Of a stretch of 64,000 bases of DNA, positions 1-11,111 are shown one piece after another. Both the position numbers and the translations under genes were made by a program. The DNA comes from Octopus sinensis (taxonomy: Eukaryota). The notes under the pieces were generated by a model. It was not told the DNA's origin. It searched no databases and was given only the letters and a program-made list of their open reading frames with translations. Position 1 is the first letter of the stretch. Each line of letters opens with the position of its first letter. The DNA lies in the NCBI RefSeq assembly GCF_006345805.1, contig NC_043007.1, positions 40,052,001 to 40,116,000 on the forward strand, written 5' to 3'.

Positions 1-269
1 ACCTTCCCCTTTCACCTCTACAGCCACTGTCAGTTCTCCGAGACGGTTTCAATCCCGAGACCAACCAGCTTCACTTCTTTCCATTTACAGAACTAATTCA
101 CTAACTTTTTTTATAAAGGCATGAACCTCACAAATTCCACATTTGTTTAAGTACACGCCTTAAACACATATACATTAGGCTTTTTGTTTTTGTAATATTA
201 TCTAACACAGTGGTTCACAACCGGGGTCCATACGGTCCTTGGGGTTCCATATCAGATTTTATTGTTCGT

Positions 270-504
270 GACTGTGTGGTAAGAAACTTGCTTCCCAACC
301 ACATGGTTCCGAGTTCAATCACACAGTGTTGTACCTTGGGCAAATGTCTTTATCTATAGCCTCGTACTGACCAAAGCCTTGTGAGTGGATTTGGTAGACG
401 GAAACTGAAAGAAGCCCGTCATACATGTGTGTGTGTGTCTGTGTTCGCCTCACCCCCACCACTTGACAACCGATGTTGGTGTGATTACGTCCCTGTAACT
501 TAGC
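270..504 (+). mobile_element. tRNA-derived SINE family A, 3'-truncated and fused to an HHR element
   Basis: Head gctgtgtggtaag...ggttccgagttca and body ccaaagccttgtgagtggatttggtagacggaaactgaaagaagcccgtc, shared with about 20 other copies in the window. Confidence 0.8.
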
Positions 505-672
505 GTTTCGACTGATATACCCTCCAGCCTTCTTCAGGTGTCTTGGGGAAATTTCGAAGCTGGGTTCTCATTCCTAAGGTATTTTTCGATGTTATTATTA
601 TTGTTCATGTCACTACTTGGAATCGAACTCGGAATCTGGGGTTAGTAGCCCGCGCTCTTAACCACTACGCGT
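504..672 (-). mobile_element. HHR-SINE copy (tRNA-like head + TAA spacer + hammerhead), 3'-truncated
   Basis: Reverse complement reads gcgtagtggttaagagcgcgggctactaacccccagattccgagttcgattcc...taataataac...ccaagacacCTGAAGAaggctggagggtatatcagtcGAAACG. Confidence 0.8.
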
Positions 673-797
673 ATTGTAAATAAGAATAAAAGAATATTAA
701 ATTGCTTGTATTTATAATCAGAATATTTAAATTTTTTAAATACAATTCCTAATAATATTTAATTATATAAATACAGTAAGATATATTTTTATATGCA

Positions 798-1140
798 ATG
801 AATTATTATGGAGATCCCTTACCCCTGACCCATCGTCCCCACCCCCATCGTCCCCCACCTCATCGTCCGCCACCCCCATCATCTGCCACCCCCAGTCATC
901 CAACCGTCATCCACCCTGTTTTCCCTCACTCCCTCGTGCGCCGTCCCAGTCGTCCGGCAACCCCACATCCGCCACCCTATTGTCCGCCAACACATCGTCT
1001 CCCCAACTCCATCGTCCTAACCCCGTCGTCTCCTATCCTAATCGTCCCGTATCCCAATCGTCCACCACCCCCAATCGTCCCCTATCCCAACTGTCCTCCA
1101 CCTGAATTGTCTTTCACCCCCATCTTCCTCACACACCACT
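798..1140. repeat. C-rich degenerate tandem repeat (ccccatcgtcc-like units)
   Basis: Recurring catcgtcc/atcgtccc motif; the Pro-rich ORF is a by-product. Confidence 0.7.
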
Positions 1141-1693
1141 AGCTACGCTGCTGCATATTGTCTGAATTTGAAATCATTTTTATGTTTTCCATCGTAAACT
1201 CCTTAGATTTTGGACGGGTCTACATTCTGAAAGCCCTAACGTTTTTGGTCTTACAGTTCCTATTACATTTTGGAGGATGCATGTTCATTTTACAGCTTTT
1301 ACATTTTTTTAAGCATGTACCCATCTAACAATCTGGGGATTGTTGACATTTGATGTTCATTCTGAAGCTTTTAAATCGTTGAATATGTGGGTGTATGGTT
1401 ATAAATTTGCTTCCCAACCACATGGTTCCGAGTTCAGTCCTGCTGCGTGGCACCCTCGAGCCGATCAAAGCCTTGTGAGTGGATTTAGTAGGCTGAAACT
1501 GAAAGAAACTCGTCCAAGAGATTGAAAAAAAATCTACATTATTTATTCATCATTACACGTGTTTCATTTGCGAATAGGAGTTACAAAGTTGTACAGGTAG
1601 AAAATACATGTATGATATCTCCAATTAGAAATTCTTCTGACAGAATCAACTCTTATGCATACATCACACCAATATAACAACTACACATGCTCT

Positions 1694-1995
1694 GGCGTGG
1701 CTGTGTGGTAAGATGAAATTTCCCCCAACACACCCGAAGAAGGCTGGAGGGTATATCAGCCGAAACGTTTTGTTAACAACAAACAAGATGAGGACAAATA
1801 TCCGTCAAATGTAAATAATGAATCTGGAAGATCGTGCGAATTTAAGAATTTATTAACCACATGGTTGCTTCTTAACCACATGGTTCCAGGTTCAACCCCA
1901 CTGCGTTGTACTTTGGGCAGGTGTCTTCTACTATTACCTTGGGTCAGCTAGAGCCATATGAGTAGATTTGACAGACGGAAACTGGAAGAAGCCTG

Positions 1996-2046
<51 letters not shown>

Positions 2047-2285
2047 CCTGTATGTATGTGAGTGTATCTTTGTGTCTGTGTTTGTCCCCCTATCGCTTGG
2101 TAACCATTGTTGGTGTGTTTACGTCCACGTAACCTAGCGGTTCGGCAAAGAGCCCAATAGAATAAGTACTAGGCTTACAAACAATAGGTCCTGGTTGCGA
2201 TTTCTTTGGATAAAAAACCCCTTTAAGGCAGTGCCCCAGTATGGCCGCAGTCAAATAACTGAAACAAGTAAAAGAATAAAAGAAT
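1694..2285 (+). mobile_element. SINE family A with an HHR-element fragment (1713-1847) inserted in its head
   Basis: ggcgtggctgtgtggtaag at 1694, SINE resumes near 1855 with ttaaccacatggtt, internal (AT)n, 3' end gactgaaacaagtaaaagaataaaag. Confidence 0.8.
1713..1847 (+). mobile_element. HHR-SINE 3' fragment with hammerhead-like core (CCGAAGA variant)
   Basis: ccaacacacCCGAAGAaggctggagggtatatcagccGAAACGTT followed by the family tail aacaacaaacaagatgaggacaaatatccgtc. Confidence 0.8.
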
Positions 2286-2435
2286 GCGATTTTAGAGTAC
2301 TGGAATACGCAGATATGCTTCATGGGACACAGCTTGGGCTACAACTCATTCTACATACATACATACATACATACATACATACATACATACATACACACAT
2401 CCATCCATCCATCCATCCATCCATCCATCCATACA

Positions 2436-2462
<27 letters not shown>

Positions 2463-2466
<4 letters not shown>

Positions 2467-2763
2467 GTACCATCATAGAAGTCAGCTGCCTTACAGATAT
2501 AAATATCACTTTGAAAATCAAAGAGAAAGAGGATATCTATGGAAAACTGCTTCGAACTCCCCAGCTTCTCTATCCAGACCATGAATGAATATTCATACCA
2601 ATAATAATTGGAGCACTAAGTTTTGTTAGTAAATGCTTAAAGAAGAATCTGGATAAACTGGGATTTTCAGAGAGAGAAATTCATCGGCCTACTCGTTCAC
2701 TTCAAGTGCAATCTGTGAGTGGAACAGTAAAAATATGCAAGACTTTTCTCAATTTCCAAATGT
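2463..2763 (+). pseudogene. Dong/R4-like non-LTR retrotransposon, RLE C-terminal fragment
   Basis: Translates (frameshifted) IIEVSCLTDINITLKIKEKEDIYGKLLRTPQLLYPD...IPIIIGALSFVSKCLKKNLDKLGF...VSGTVKICKTFLNFQM*; IIEVSC, K..KY..L and PIIIGALG-like motifs are typical of restriction-like endonuclease ends. Confidence 0.7.
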
Positions 2764-2887
2764 GAATTTGTCTGTGTTAACTACATTCCAATGATGGAGC
2801 CTTGTATCTTTGTTGGAAACTGGCTCCCTCTTCAGTGGAAGATTTATAATAATTAAAAAATAGAAGAGACATACATACATACATACA

Positions 2888-2918
<31 letters not shown>

Positions 2919-2939
2919 GTATGTATGCATGCATAAGTA

Positions 2940-3152
2940 TGTCTGTGTTTCACCGCCACCACCACCACCAACGCTTGGCAAGTGGTGTTGGCGTATCTAC
3001 GTCCTCGTAACTTAGAAGTTTGGTAAAAGTAACCGATAGAATAATAGGGTTTAAAAGAATGTACTGGGTTCGACTTGTTCGACTAAAATTCTTGAAGGCG
3101 GTGCCCCAGCATGGCCGCAGTCCAATGACTGAAGCAAGTAAAAAAAATAAAG
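2940..3152 (-). mobile_element. SINE family A, 3' half
   Basis: gtaacttagaagtttggtaaaag...ggcggtgccccagcatggccgcagtccaatgactgaagcaagtaaaa matches the family A 3' half; it is in fact on the + strand orientation of that half, so strand is uncertain. Confidence 0.5.
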
Positions 3153-3366
3153 ATAAATGATTTAAAAACAGTAATTCCCTCATTCTGTATGTGTCATTAC
3201 CACATTTTTCATAAGAAATATTTAATATTCAAAGAAATCTAGTGAAAATAAACGAATCTGGTAAAAAGCATTAAAAATTCAGAATATTTAATGTGAAATA
3301 CGTGTTTGATATTTGGCTGGAAATTAATGAGTTTTAGTCTTAAATTCGCACGATCTTCCAGATTCA

Positions 3367-3800
3367 TTATTTACATTTGACGGATATTTGTCCTCATCTT
3401 GTTTGTTGTTAACACAACGTTTCGGCTGATATACCCTCCAGCCTTCTTCGGGTGTGTTGGGGAAATTTCGAACCTGGGTTGTCATTCCTAAGGTATTTTT
3501 CGATGTTATTATTATTATTGTTGTTGTTGCTCAGGTCACAGCCTGGAATCGAACTCGGAATCTTGGGGTTAGTAGCCCGCGTTCTTAACCACTACGCCAT
3601 ATGTCCGTAGGTATATGGCATATTGGTTAGGAATGAGAACCTAGGTTCGAAATTTACCCCAAGACACCCGAAGAAGGCTTGGAGGGTATATCAGCCGAAA
3701 TGTGTTAACAACAAACAAGATGAGGACAAATATCCGTCGAATTTAAATAATGTAAATAATGAAAATAATGTACATAATTCCTCATTTCTTAAATATAGAA
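3367..3800. mobile_element. Inverted head-to-head pair of HHR-SINE copies flanked by direct repeat cttccagattca
   Basis: Minus copy about 3367-3608, internally deleted plus copy about 3610-3800; identical 12-mer at 3355-3366 and 3801-3812. Confidence 0.8.
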
Positions 3801-4265
3801 CTTCCAGATTCAGTTTGCTAATAATTCATCAGTCTTTTTGCTCAAAAGCGTTTCAGATGTTTATTAAACAGCAACCGACCCCCAAGGGTCAACATTGACC
3901 ACTTTACCGATCACTGTCTTTGACCATTCCTACAGTCTGGTCATGTAGCACTCTGTCTACTGACCAGTCTAGTTCTGTAATTCCAGATATAAACGCTCCC
4001 TACAATCCGGACATGCTGCACTCAGTCCACTGCCCAGCCGATATTTATACTCCCTTAAGTGGTGTTAATGGTGGCTATATCCGAGGTCAAAGTATCCTTC
4101 CCTTTTTTATAACTGCAGGTATGCTTTCTGAGGAAAATTTGGGTGCTATTTCTACCATGTTGAAAGACCATCATCGTTGTTTAGCTCAGGGTAACTCTGA
4201 TCGAGCCTATCAAAGGGCTTCTTATGGAGACTACCCCATGTTTTTAGGAATATATCTAAGCACTA

Positions 4266-4408
4266 GCTTAGCTAGAGTGTGCCGCCTGGGGCGGCCCTTC
4301 TGCTTGCCGCCCCCAGCCCCCACAAAAAACACATTTTGTCTACAGTAGACCCTTTAAAAGTGCCGCCCGGGGCGGACCGGCCCTACAACCCCCTCTAGCT
4401 ATGCTCAT
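4266..4408. mobile_element. PIF/Harbinger-like MITE
   Basis: Termini agcttagctag...ctagctatgct; internal gtgccgcc(t/c)ggggcgg repeats. Confidence 0.5.
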
Positions 4409-4439
4409 GTGTCTATGACTATATTATCAGGTAGCTCTT

Positions 4440-4660
4440 TATTTAAGACAGTAATAGATCATTTCAAGGAGATTATACAACCATTTCTAGCAGACCAAGC
4501 GATTACATAATGAAACGGGGTTGGATGAAGGGTGTTTTGATGCTAGATTGGGTTTGATAAGCCAAAATATAAAAGTAACCAGTAATATTTGAAAGCATAA
4601 GTGATGTACACTGCAGATAGAAGATAAACATTTTAAAAGTGGGATCTGTTGACTGACAGG
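4440..4660 (+). pseudogene. Possible pogo/Tigger transposase remnant
   Basis: Frame reads ...DYIMKRGWMKGVLMLDWV*, resembling the GWM...MLEW motif of the pogo DDE domain; heavily decayed. Confidence 0.35.
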
Positions 4661-4694
4661 AGAAAACGATTCATACATACATACATACATACAT

Positions 4695-5215
4695 TAGGAG
4701 CACTACGTCGATTACGACGACGAGGGTCCCATCTGATACGATCAACGGAAGAGCTTGCTCGTGAAATTAACGTGGAAGTGACTGAGCAATCCACAGACAC
4801 GTGTACCCCTTATGTAGTTCTCAGGGAGATTCAGCGTGACACAGAGTGTGACAAGGCCGGCCCTTTGAAATACAACTCATTTTTTCCTGCTGAGTGGACT
4901 GGAGCAACATGAAATAAAGTGTCTTGCTCAAAGACACAACGCGTCGCTTGGAATTGAACTCACGACCATACAATCGTGAGCCGAATGCCCTAACCACCAA
5001 GCCACGCGCCTTCACAACATACATGCATACATACATACAACTGGAACTCCGTCAGATGTGACGACGTTACAGTCGATCTGATCAACAAAACAGCCTGCTC
5101 GTGAAATTAACGTGGAAGTGGTTGAGCACTCCACAGACACGCATATCCTTAACGTAGTTCTCAAGGAGATTCAGCGTGACAAAGAAATGGAAAAACTGGC
5201 GCTTTGAATTGTAGG
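4695..5215 (-). mobile_element. tRNA-derived SINE family C, one full copy (4695-5015) plus a partial copy (5042-5215)
   Basis: Head rc aaggcgcgtggcttggtggttagggcattcggc...gtgagttcaattcc; body tgctcgtgaaattaacgtggaagtg occurs twice. Confidence 0.75.
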
Positions 5216-5350
5216 TAAAACTGAAAAGTTCCTGGCTTTAAGAGTATCACGAAAGGCCTCGTTGGAGGCTCAAGATTCTGAGATTTTTTTACAGATCTTA
5301 GAAAAACTGAAGGACTGCTGCAATAGGTGTGTGAATCTGAGAGGGGAATA

Positions 5351-5882
5351 TCATCATCATCATCATGATCTTCACCATCATCATTTAACGTCCGCTTTCC
5401 ATGCTGGCATGGGTTGGACGATTTGACTGAGGCTCCAATCTGATCTGGCAGAGTTTCTACAGCTGGATGCCCTTCCTAACGCCAACCACGCCGAGTGTAG
5501 TGGATGCTTTTACGTACTACCGACACGAGGGCCAGTCAGGCGGTACTGGCGACGGCCACGCTCGAAATAGTGTTTTTTCCTGTGCCACCTGCACAGGAGT
5601 CAGTCCAGCGGCACTAGCAACGACCTCGCTCGAATGTTTTGTTCACGTGCCAGTAAGGCGACGCTGGTAACGATCCCGTTCGAATGGTGCTTTTTACGTG
5701 CCACCGGCACAGAAGCCAGACAGCTGCTCTGGCAGTGATCCCGCTCGGATGGAGCTGTTAGCGCTCCACTAGCACGGATGCCAGTCATCGAATTTGGTTC
5801 AATTTCGATTTCACTTGCCCCAACAGGTCTTCGCAAGCAGAGTTTAGTGTCCGATGAAGGGAGGTTGGCATGGATGCCAAGA
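5351..5882 (-). mobile_element. RTE LINE 3' UTR fragment with (GAT)n tail
   Basis: catcatcat..ttaacgtccgctttccatgctggcatggg..ggatgcccttcctaacgccaacc, the same sequence as the 3' UTR of the RTE at 56433-56900. Confidence 0.8.
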
Positions 5883-5900
5883 TATTGAATAAAATTATAA

Positions 5901-6487
5901 CATGAGCACTCAGAGAGCGCAAACCTCTGCCAAGGCAACACCAACGTCCTTTCAACGATTAGCCGGAGATGATTTTTAAAATGAGAATATCTGAAATAAA
6001 TTCGACTGCTCTCACTAACGAGAATACTAAAAATGAACCTAACCGCTCTCAAAAGTTAAGTTTAAAAAAAACCGGGAAAATAATCCTGAATCCTTGTCCT
6101 ATACCCGATCAATTCCAAGAGCACTCAGAGAGCGCAATCCTCTGCCAAGGCAACACCAACGTCCTCTCAACAATTAGCCAGAGATGATTTTTAAAATGAG
6201 AATATCTGAAATAAACTCGGCTGCCCTCACAAGCGAGAATACTAAAAATGAACATGACCGCTCTCAAAAGTTAAGTTTTAAAAAAAAACGGGAAAATAAT
6301 CCAGAATCCTAGTCCTATACCCGATCAATTCCAAAATCTAATCAGTTTGTGCCAGTCACGAGGCCAAACATCCCTGAAAGTTTCATCCGAATCCATCCGG
6401 CGGTTCTTGAGATATCTTGCCCACGGATAAACAAACAAACAAACACGACTGAAAACAATACCTCCGCCTTTGCCATGGCGGAGGTAA
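5901..6487 (-). mobile_element. HINE/Helentron-like non-autonomous element with an internal ~215-bp tandem duplication
   Basis: Terminal hairpin acctccgcc-tttgccat-ggcggaggt; subterminal gcactcagagagcgc/aacctctgcc at the other end; 5902-6117 repeated at 6118-6332; second copy at 30040-30390. Confidence 0.55.
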
Positions 6488-6591
6488 TTAAATGGTCCTC
6501 GTGTATTTTCTTTTACCCAAAGTCAGGAACTTTCCAACAGCCTCTCGTACATACATACATACATACATACATACATACATACATACATACA

Positions 6592-6850
6592 TGTTGAGAG
6601 CGCATGGCTTGGTGGTTTGGGTGTTGCGCTTACGAACGCGAGGTCGTGCTTTCAATTCCTCGACACTTGACGCGTAGCACTTGACCATGCACCTGTACAG
6701 GTAACGTCGATTTAATGGCGAGAGTGAGCTACTGTACAGCACATATATTTGATTACTATAAGCAAAGCATCTGTGCGGGTTGTTCAGAAAGAAATTGCAG
6801 AAACGTCTTTCTCGGCTTCCGAGAAACTCCCATCACCACATGCATACAAA
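6592..6850 (+). mobile_element. SINE family C-related copy
   Basis: tRNA head gcgcatggcttggtggtttggg...ttcaattcc; body gtaacgtcgatttaatgg...tccgagaaactcc. Confidence 0.6.
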
Positions 6851-6871
6851 CATACATATACACGTGCAAAC

Positions 6872-6923
<52 letters not shown>

Positions 6924-6926
<3 letters not shown>

Positions 6927-7409
6927 TTGTTTTGTCTTGGTATAAAAGATGGGCTACAGCAAATATTCTGCTCAATACCACAGATTTGCTTGTCAGTTGT
7001 TTGACCTTAACCAGTTGAGCATGTCCCTTAGTGGCTGACAATATGTGCATCTCTGATCACGAGGAGAAGTAGTGGAGGAGCATCATAGCCATGTGTTGAG
7101 AGGGATACTTTGGGGTTTGAATAATTCACCTCTGGAAACATGGGTGGTTCTTTCAACATCCTTAAACAACCCTTATTCAGGGACCTTTTGAGCGGGATGG
7201 GCTACTCAACCTGAAGAAAATTCTAACTGGGCCCCACCTGCAAGGTCATGTGCTGTTTATCTTGATATGAGATCACCATGTCGCCCACATATGGTTGTGA
7301 TGCATGTGCCTGGTGTACCCTTATCAGATGGGTAGTCATGATGGGTATATTGGGCTTCGTATATTTTACCCCGGTGTCACTTTGATGGCATGAACTGCTC
7401 CCTCACTCA
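6924..7409 (+). mobile_element. 5'-truncated non-LTR 3' end embedded in (TAA)n (family D, possibly Dong/R4-related)
   Basis: (AAT)n on both sides; ends gaactgctccctcactcaa(taa)n; near-identical copy at 21855-22300, partial minus copy at 28820-29200. Confidence 0.7.
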
Positions 7410-7759
7410 ATAATAATAATAATAATTAATAATAATAATTTAGGAAATATAATTCCAAACTTATAGGGAGAAATTCAATTTAGCAATTCTAAATCAAATT
7501 TCACAATATATATGTATGAAATTTAGTGAAAAACCTCTGTTAAGCAATTCACACACCATTTAAGTTTTATATTTAACTTTTTCTATGTGGTGTGAATAAC
7601 GTCTTTCACTATCGAATTGTTTATTAGAGGTTTTCCTCTAAATTTCATGCGTACGTACGTCCGTCCGTCCGTCCGTCCATCCATCCATCCGTCCATCCGT
7701 CCATCCATCCATCCATCCATCCATACATACATACATCCATCCATCCATCCATACATACA

Positions 7760-7790
<31 letters not shown>

Positions 7791-7864
7791 GTATGTATGT
7801 GTGTGTGCGTGTGTGTGTGTGTGTGTATATATGCATTTCTACATTCACACACATACATATATAC

Positions 7865-8016
7865 CAGGGCCGGTCCCAGGAATTTTCGAAGGGAAGACAC
7901 ACGGTCGGAAGGGAATACAATTCCAAGAGAAAAGGGCGTAATAACATTATTTATAAGGGCGCACTTCTTTTCTTGAGGTGGGTACGCGCCCCTCAGCATC
8001 CCCGGGTCCGCCCCTG
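7865..8016. mobile_element. PIF/Harbinger-like MITE
   Basis: Termini cagggccggtcccagga...gggtccgcccctg. Confidence 0.55.
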
Positions 8017-8071
8017 CATACATGCAGACATCCGTACATATGCACGCACCCACACTCACAAACGTACGCAA

Positions 8072-8458
8072 GCGCAGGAGTGGCTGTGTGGTAAGTAGCT
8101 TGCTTACCAACTACATGGTCTTGGGTTCAGTCCCACTGCTTGGCACCTTGGGCAAATGTCTTCTACTATATAGCCTTGGGCCGACCAAAGCCTTGTGAGT
8201 GGATTTGGTAGATGGAAACTGGAAGAAGCCCGTCGTATATGTATATATATGTTTCTGTGTCCGTGTTTGTCCCCCCCCAACATCGCTTGACAACCGATGC
8301 TGGTGTGTTTACGTCCCTGTAACTTAGCGGTTCGGCAAAAAAGCCCGATAGAATAAGTACTAGGCTTACACAGAATAAGCTCTGGGGTCGATTTGCTCGA
8401 CTAAAGGCGGTGCTCCAGCATGGCCGCAGTCAAATGACTGAAACATGTAAAAGAGAGA
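8072..8458 (+). mobile_element. SINE family A, full length
   Basis: gcgcaggagtggctgtgtggtaag...gactgaaacatgtaaaagag. Confidence 0.85.
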
Positions 8459-8795
8459 AGCATACTTGCGAGCACGCACGTGAGCACGACAGGCTTAGAC
8501 ACAGTTTCTCTCTACCAAGTTCTACCCACAAGGAATTGGCCGACACAAAGTGGTTATAGAAAACATTTACTCAAGTTGTCGCGGACACGAGAATCGAACC
8601 CAAAACGAAGTGGTTCCGAAACGAACCACTTATCCACACCCCCGTCTACGAACGGTGTCTGAGGCACCATACTTGTTTAACGAACTCGCTAATCCTAATC
8701 AACGAGGTTCCAGACGTGACTTACCATGCTTTTCATATCTAAAACTACATTTACGACATCCTTGTACCCTTCCTTCATAAAGGTGGTAGACTGTC

Positions 8796-9207
8796 GGCGA
8801 GCTGGCAGAAACGTTAGCACGCCGGGCGAAATGCTTAGTGGTATTTCGTCTGCCGTTGCGTTGTGAGTTCAAATTCCGCCGAGGTCGACTTTGCCTTTCA
8901 TCCTTTCGGGGTCGATAAATTAAATACTAGTTACGCACTGGGGTCGATGTAATCGACTTAATACCTATGTCTGTCCTTGTTTGTCCCCTCTGTGTTTAGC
9001 CCCTTGTGGGTAATAAAGAAATAGGTATTTCGTCTGGCGTTACGTTGTGAGTTCAAATTCCGCCGAGGTCGACTTTGCCTTTCACCCTTTCGGGGTCGAT
9101 AAATTAAGTACCAGTTACGCACTGGGGTCGATGTAATCGACTTAATACCTATGTCTGTCCTTGTTTGTCCCCTCTGTGTTTAGCCCCTTGTGGGTAATAA
9201 AGAAATA
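8796..9207 (+). mobile_element. tRNA-derived SINE family B, tandem dimer, with 11-bp TSD ggtagactgtc
   Basis: ggcgagctggcagaaacgttagc...gagttcaaattccgccgaggtcgactttgcctttcatcctttcggggtcgataaa (Meta-domain-like); body repeated; TSD at 8785-8795 and 9208-9218. Confidence 0.85.
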
Positions 9208-9339
9208 GGTAGACTGTCATTTAAGGTGAAAGGGGGACGTGTTTGGGTTGAGGCCTAAGCGTTAGGGTTAGGGTGTGGTGCAGTGCTTGGGGGGGTAGGA
9301 ACGCATTGAAGCTTTAAGACGAACGATGCTGGTGTGACG

Positions 9340-9842
9340 GTTTTGATGCTGTTGTAGCATTCTTGCAGTTGGTGTTGTTACTGGTGGTGATGGTCGCGGT
9401 AGGAGTGGCGGCGGCGGTGGTGGCATAACTGATACTGTTAGCGGTGGTGGTGGTGGTGGAGTGTTGTTATTGTTGCTTTTGTTGGTGGTGGCGGTGATGG
9501 TGTTGTTATTTGATGTTGTTGCAGTTACTGGTGGTGGTGACGGCGGCGATAGCGGTACTGGTGGAGGTTGTGGTGGTGGTGGTGGTGACGAAAGAGGTGC
9601 TGCTGCTGGTGCAAATGGTGTTCAACACCATTACTGCTGTCATTGTCTTTGATGTTGTTGATAGTGGGTGGTGATGGTTGTAGTGGCGGTGGTGGTGGTT
9701 GTAGTGGTGGTGGTGGTTGTGGTTGTTTTTGTTGTTGTGGTTGAGGTGGTGATGGTGGTGGTAGTGGTCGTGGTGGTCGTCGTCTTGGTCTCGCTGTTGC
9801 TGTTGTGGTGGTGGCGGAGGCGGCGGCGGTGGAGGAGGGTGG
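9340..9842. repeat. Mixed trinucleotide low-complexity tract (GGT/GTT/GCG)n
   Basis: Direct inspection; all frames give homopolymeric runs. Confidence 0.8.
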
Positions 9843-9926
9843 AATAGCTCCCGCGTCACTCCTGGTCAAGCAGACATGTATGTTGTCGCAAGACTTTTCA
9901 GACACGACCACTCCATCATGCCAGAG

Positions 9927-9953
<27 letters not shown>

Positions 9954-9958
<5 letters not shown>

Positions 9959-10116
9959 AATCAAGGAATGGCCATAATAGGCCAATCACCCACTAGAAAT
10001 AACAGCCAAAGCTTCAACCGCAAAATAACATTAATTCCGCAAACCAGGAGAAAATTAAAAAAAACGTTTACCCTGTAAACGTGAATGGCCTATTATGGCC
10101 GTTCCTTGATTGTGAT
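9954..10116. mobile_element. Fold-back element with ~36-bp inverted arms
   Basis: atcacaatcaaggaatggccataataggcc / ggcctattatggccgttccttgattgtgat. Confidence 0.75.
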
Positions 10117-10239
10117 GTTGAACTTATAAATGGTCTATGACTATTTAATTTTTTCCCACTAGGCCGCTGGTGACAAAAAAAATTCTACAAAATTTTTTTG
10201 CCACCCTATATTGATTAATTATATATATATATATATATA

Positions 10240-10637
10240 TTTTTACTTGTTTCAGTCATTTGACTGCGGCTATGCTGGAGCACCGCCTTTAGTCGAGCAA
10301 ATCGATCCCGGGACTTATTCTTTGTAAGCCCAGTACTTATTCTATCGGTCTCTTTTTGCCGAACCGCTAAGTGACGGGGACATAAACACACCAGCATCGG
10401 TTGTCAAGCAATGCTAGGGGGGCCAAACACAGACACACAAACACATACACATACACACACATATAAATACATATATACGACAGGCTTCTTTCAGTTTCCG
10501 TCTACGAAATCCACTCACAAGGCATTGGTCGGCCCGGGGCTATAGCAGAAGACACTTGCCCAAGATGCCATGCAGTGGTACTGAACCCGGAACCATGTGG
10601 CTGGTAAGCAAGCTACTTACCACACAGCCACTCCTAT
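10240..10637 (-). mobile_element. SINE family A, full length
   Basis: Reverse complement of the family A consensus. Confidence 0.85.
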
Positions 10638-10789
10638 ATATATATAGGTCTACACTTCACTTTCCAAAACTTCTTCCCTGTTATATATTTCGGAACGGGG
10701 AAGGGTGTCATTTAACTGGAGAGCGACTGCTATTTCTTGCAAGTCGAGCAGCGCAGCCACGTCACGGCCTCCGTCACCGACTGCTGCTG

Positions 10790-10850
10790 TGATTGTTGTT
10801 AATATTGATGTTACTATTGTTACTGCTGTTTCTATGGCTCTTGGTTGTTC

Positions 10851-10918
<68 letters not shown>

Positions 10919-11076
10919 AGTAATTATTTTATTGCTGATGCAGCAATTCTATTGACAGCAGCAGCAACAGCAACACCGGTAGTAGTAACATTCGTTGTTG
11001 TTGTTGTTGTAGCAGCTGTTAATGATGTTACTGCCATTATTGATGTTATCACTACTACTACTACTACTACTACTAT

Positions 11077-11111
<35 letters not shown>

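Larger units (their letters stand above)
5220..6548 (+). mobile_element. Short mariner-derived MITE split by an RTE 3' UTR (5351-5882) and a HINE-like element (5901-6487)
   Basis: Pieces 5220-5350, 5883-5900 and 6488-6548 reassemble to the intact copy at 47059-47275. Confidence 0.7.

Noticed and set aside
2940-3152. Initial assignment of this SINE A half to the minus strand
   Set aside because: The text matches the family A 3' half directly on the plus strand; treat the strand given in the feature list as unreliable
3920-4348. 142-aa ORF
   Set aside because: Needs a TTG start, runs through SINE-like and MITE sequence, and has no recognisable domain or consistent splice structure
9262-9273. 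TTAGGGTTAGGG telomere-like motif
   Set aside because: Only two units; expected by chance
9250-9860. Pro/Gln/His-rich minus-strand frames that look like a low-complexity exon
   Set aside because: No frame is open throughout, no credible splice acceptor, and similar tracts recur all over the window
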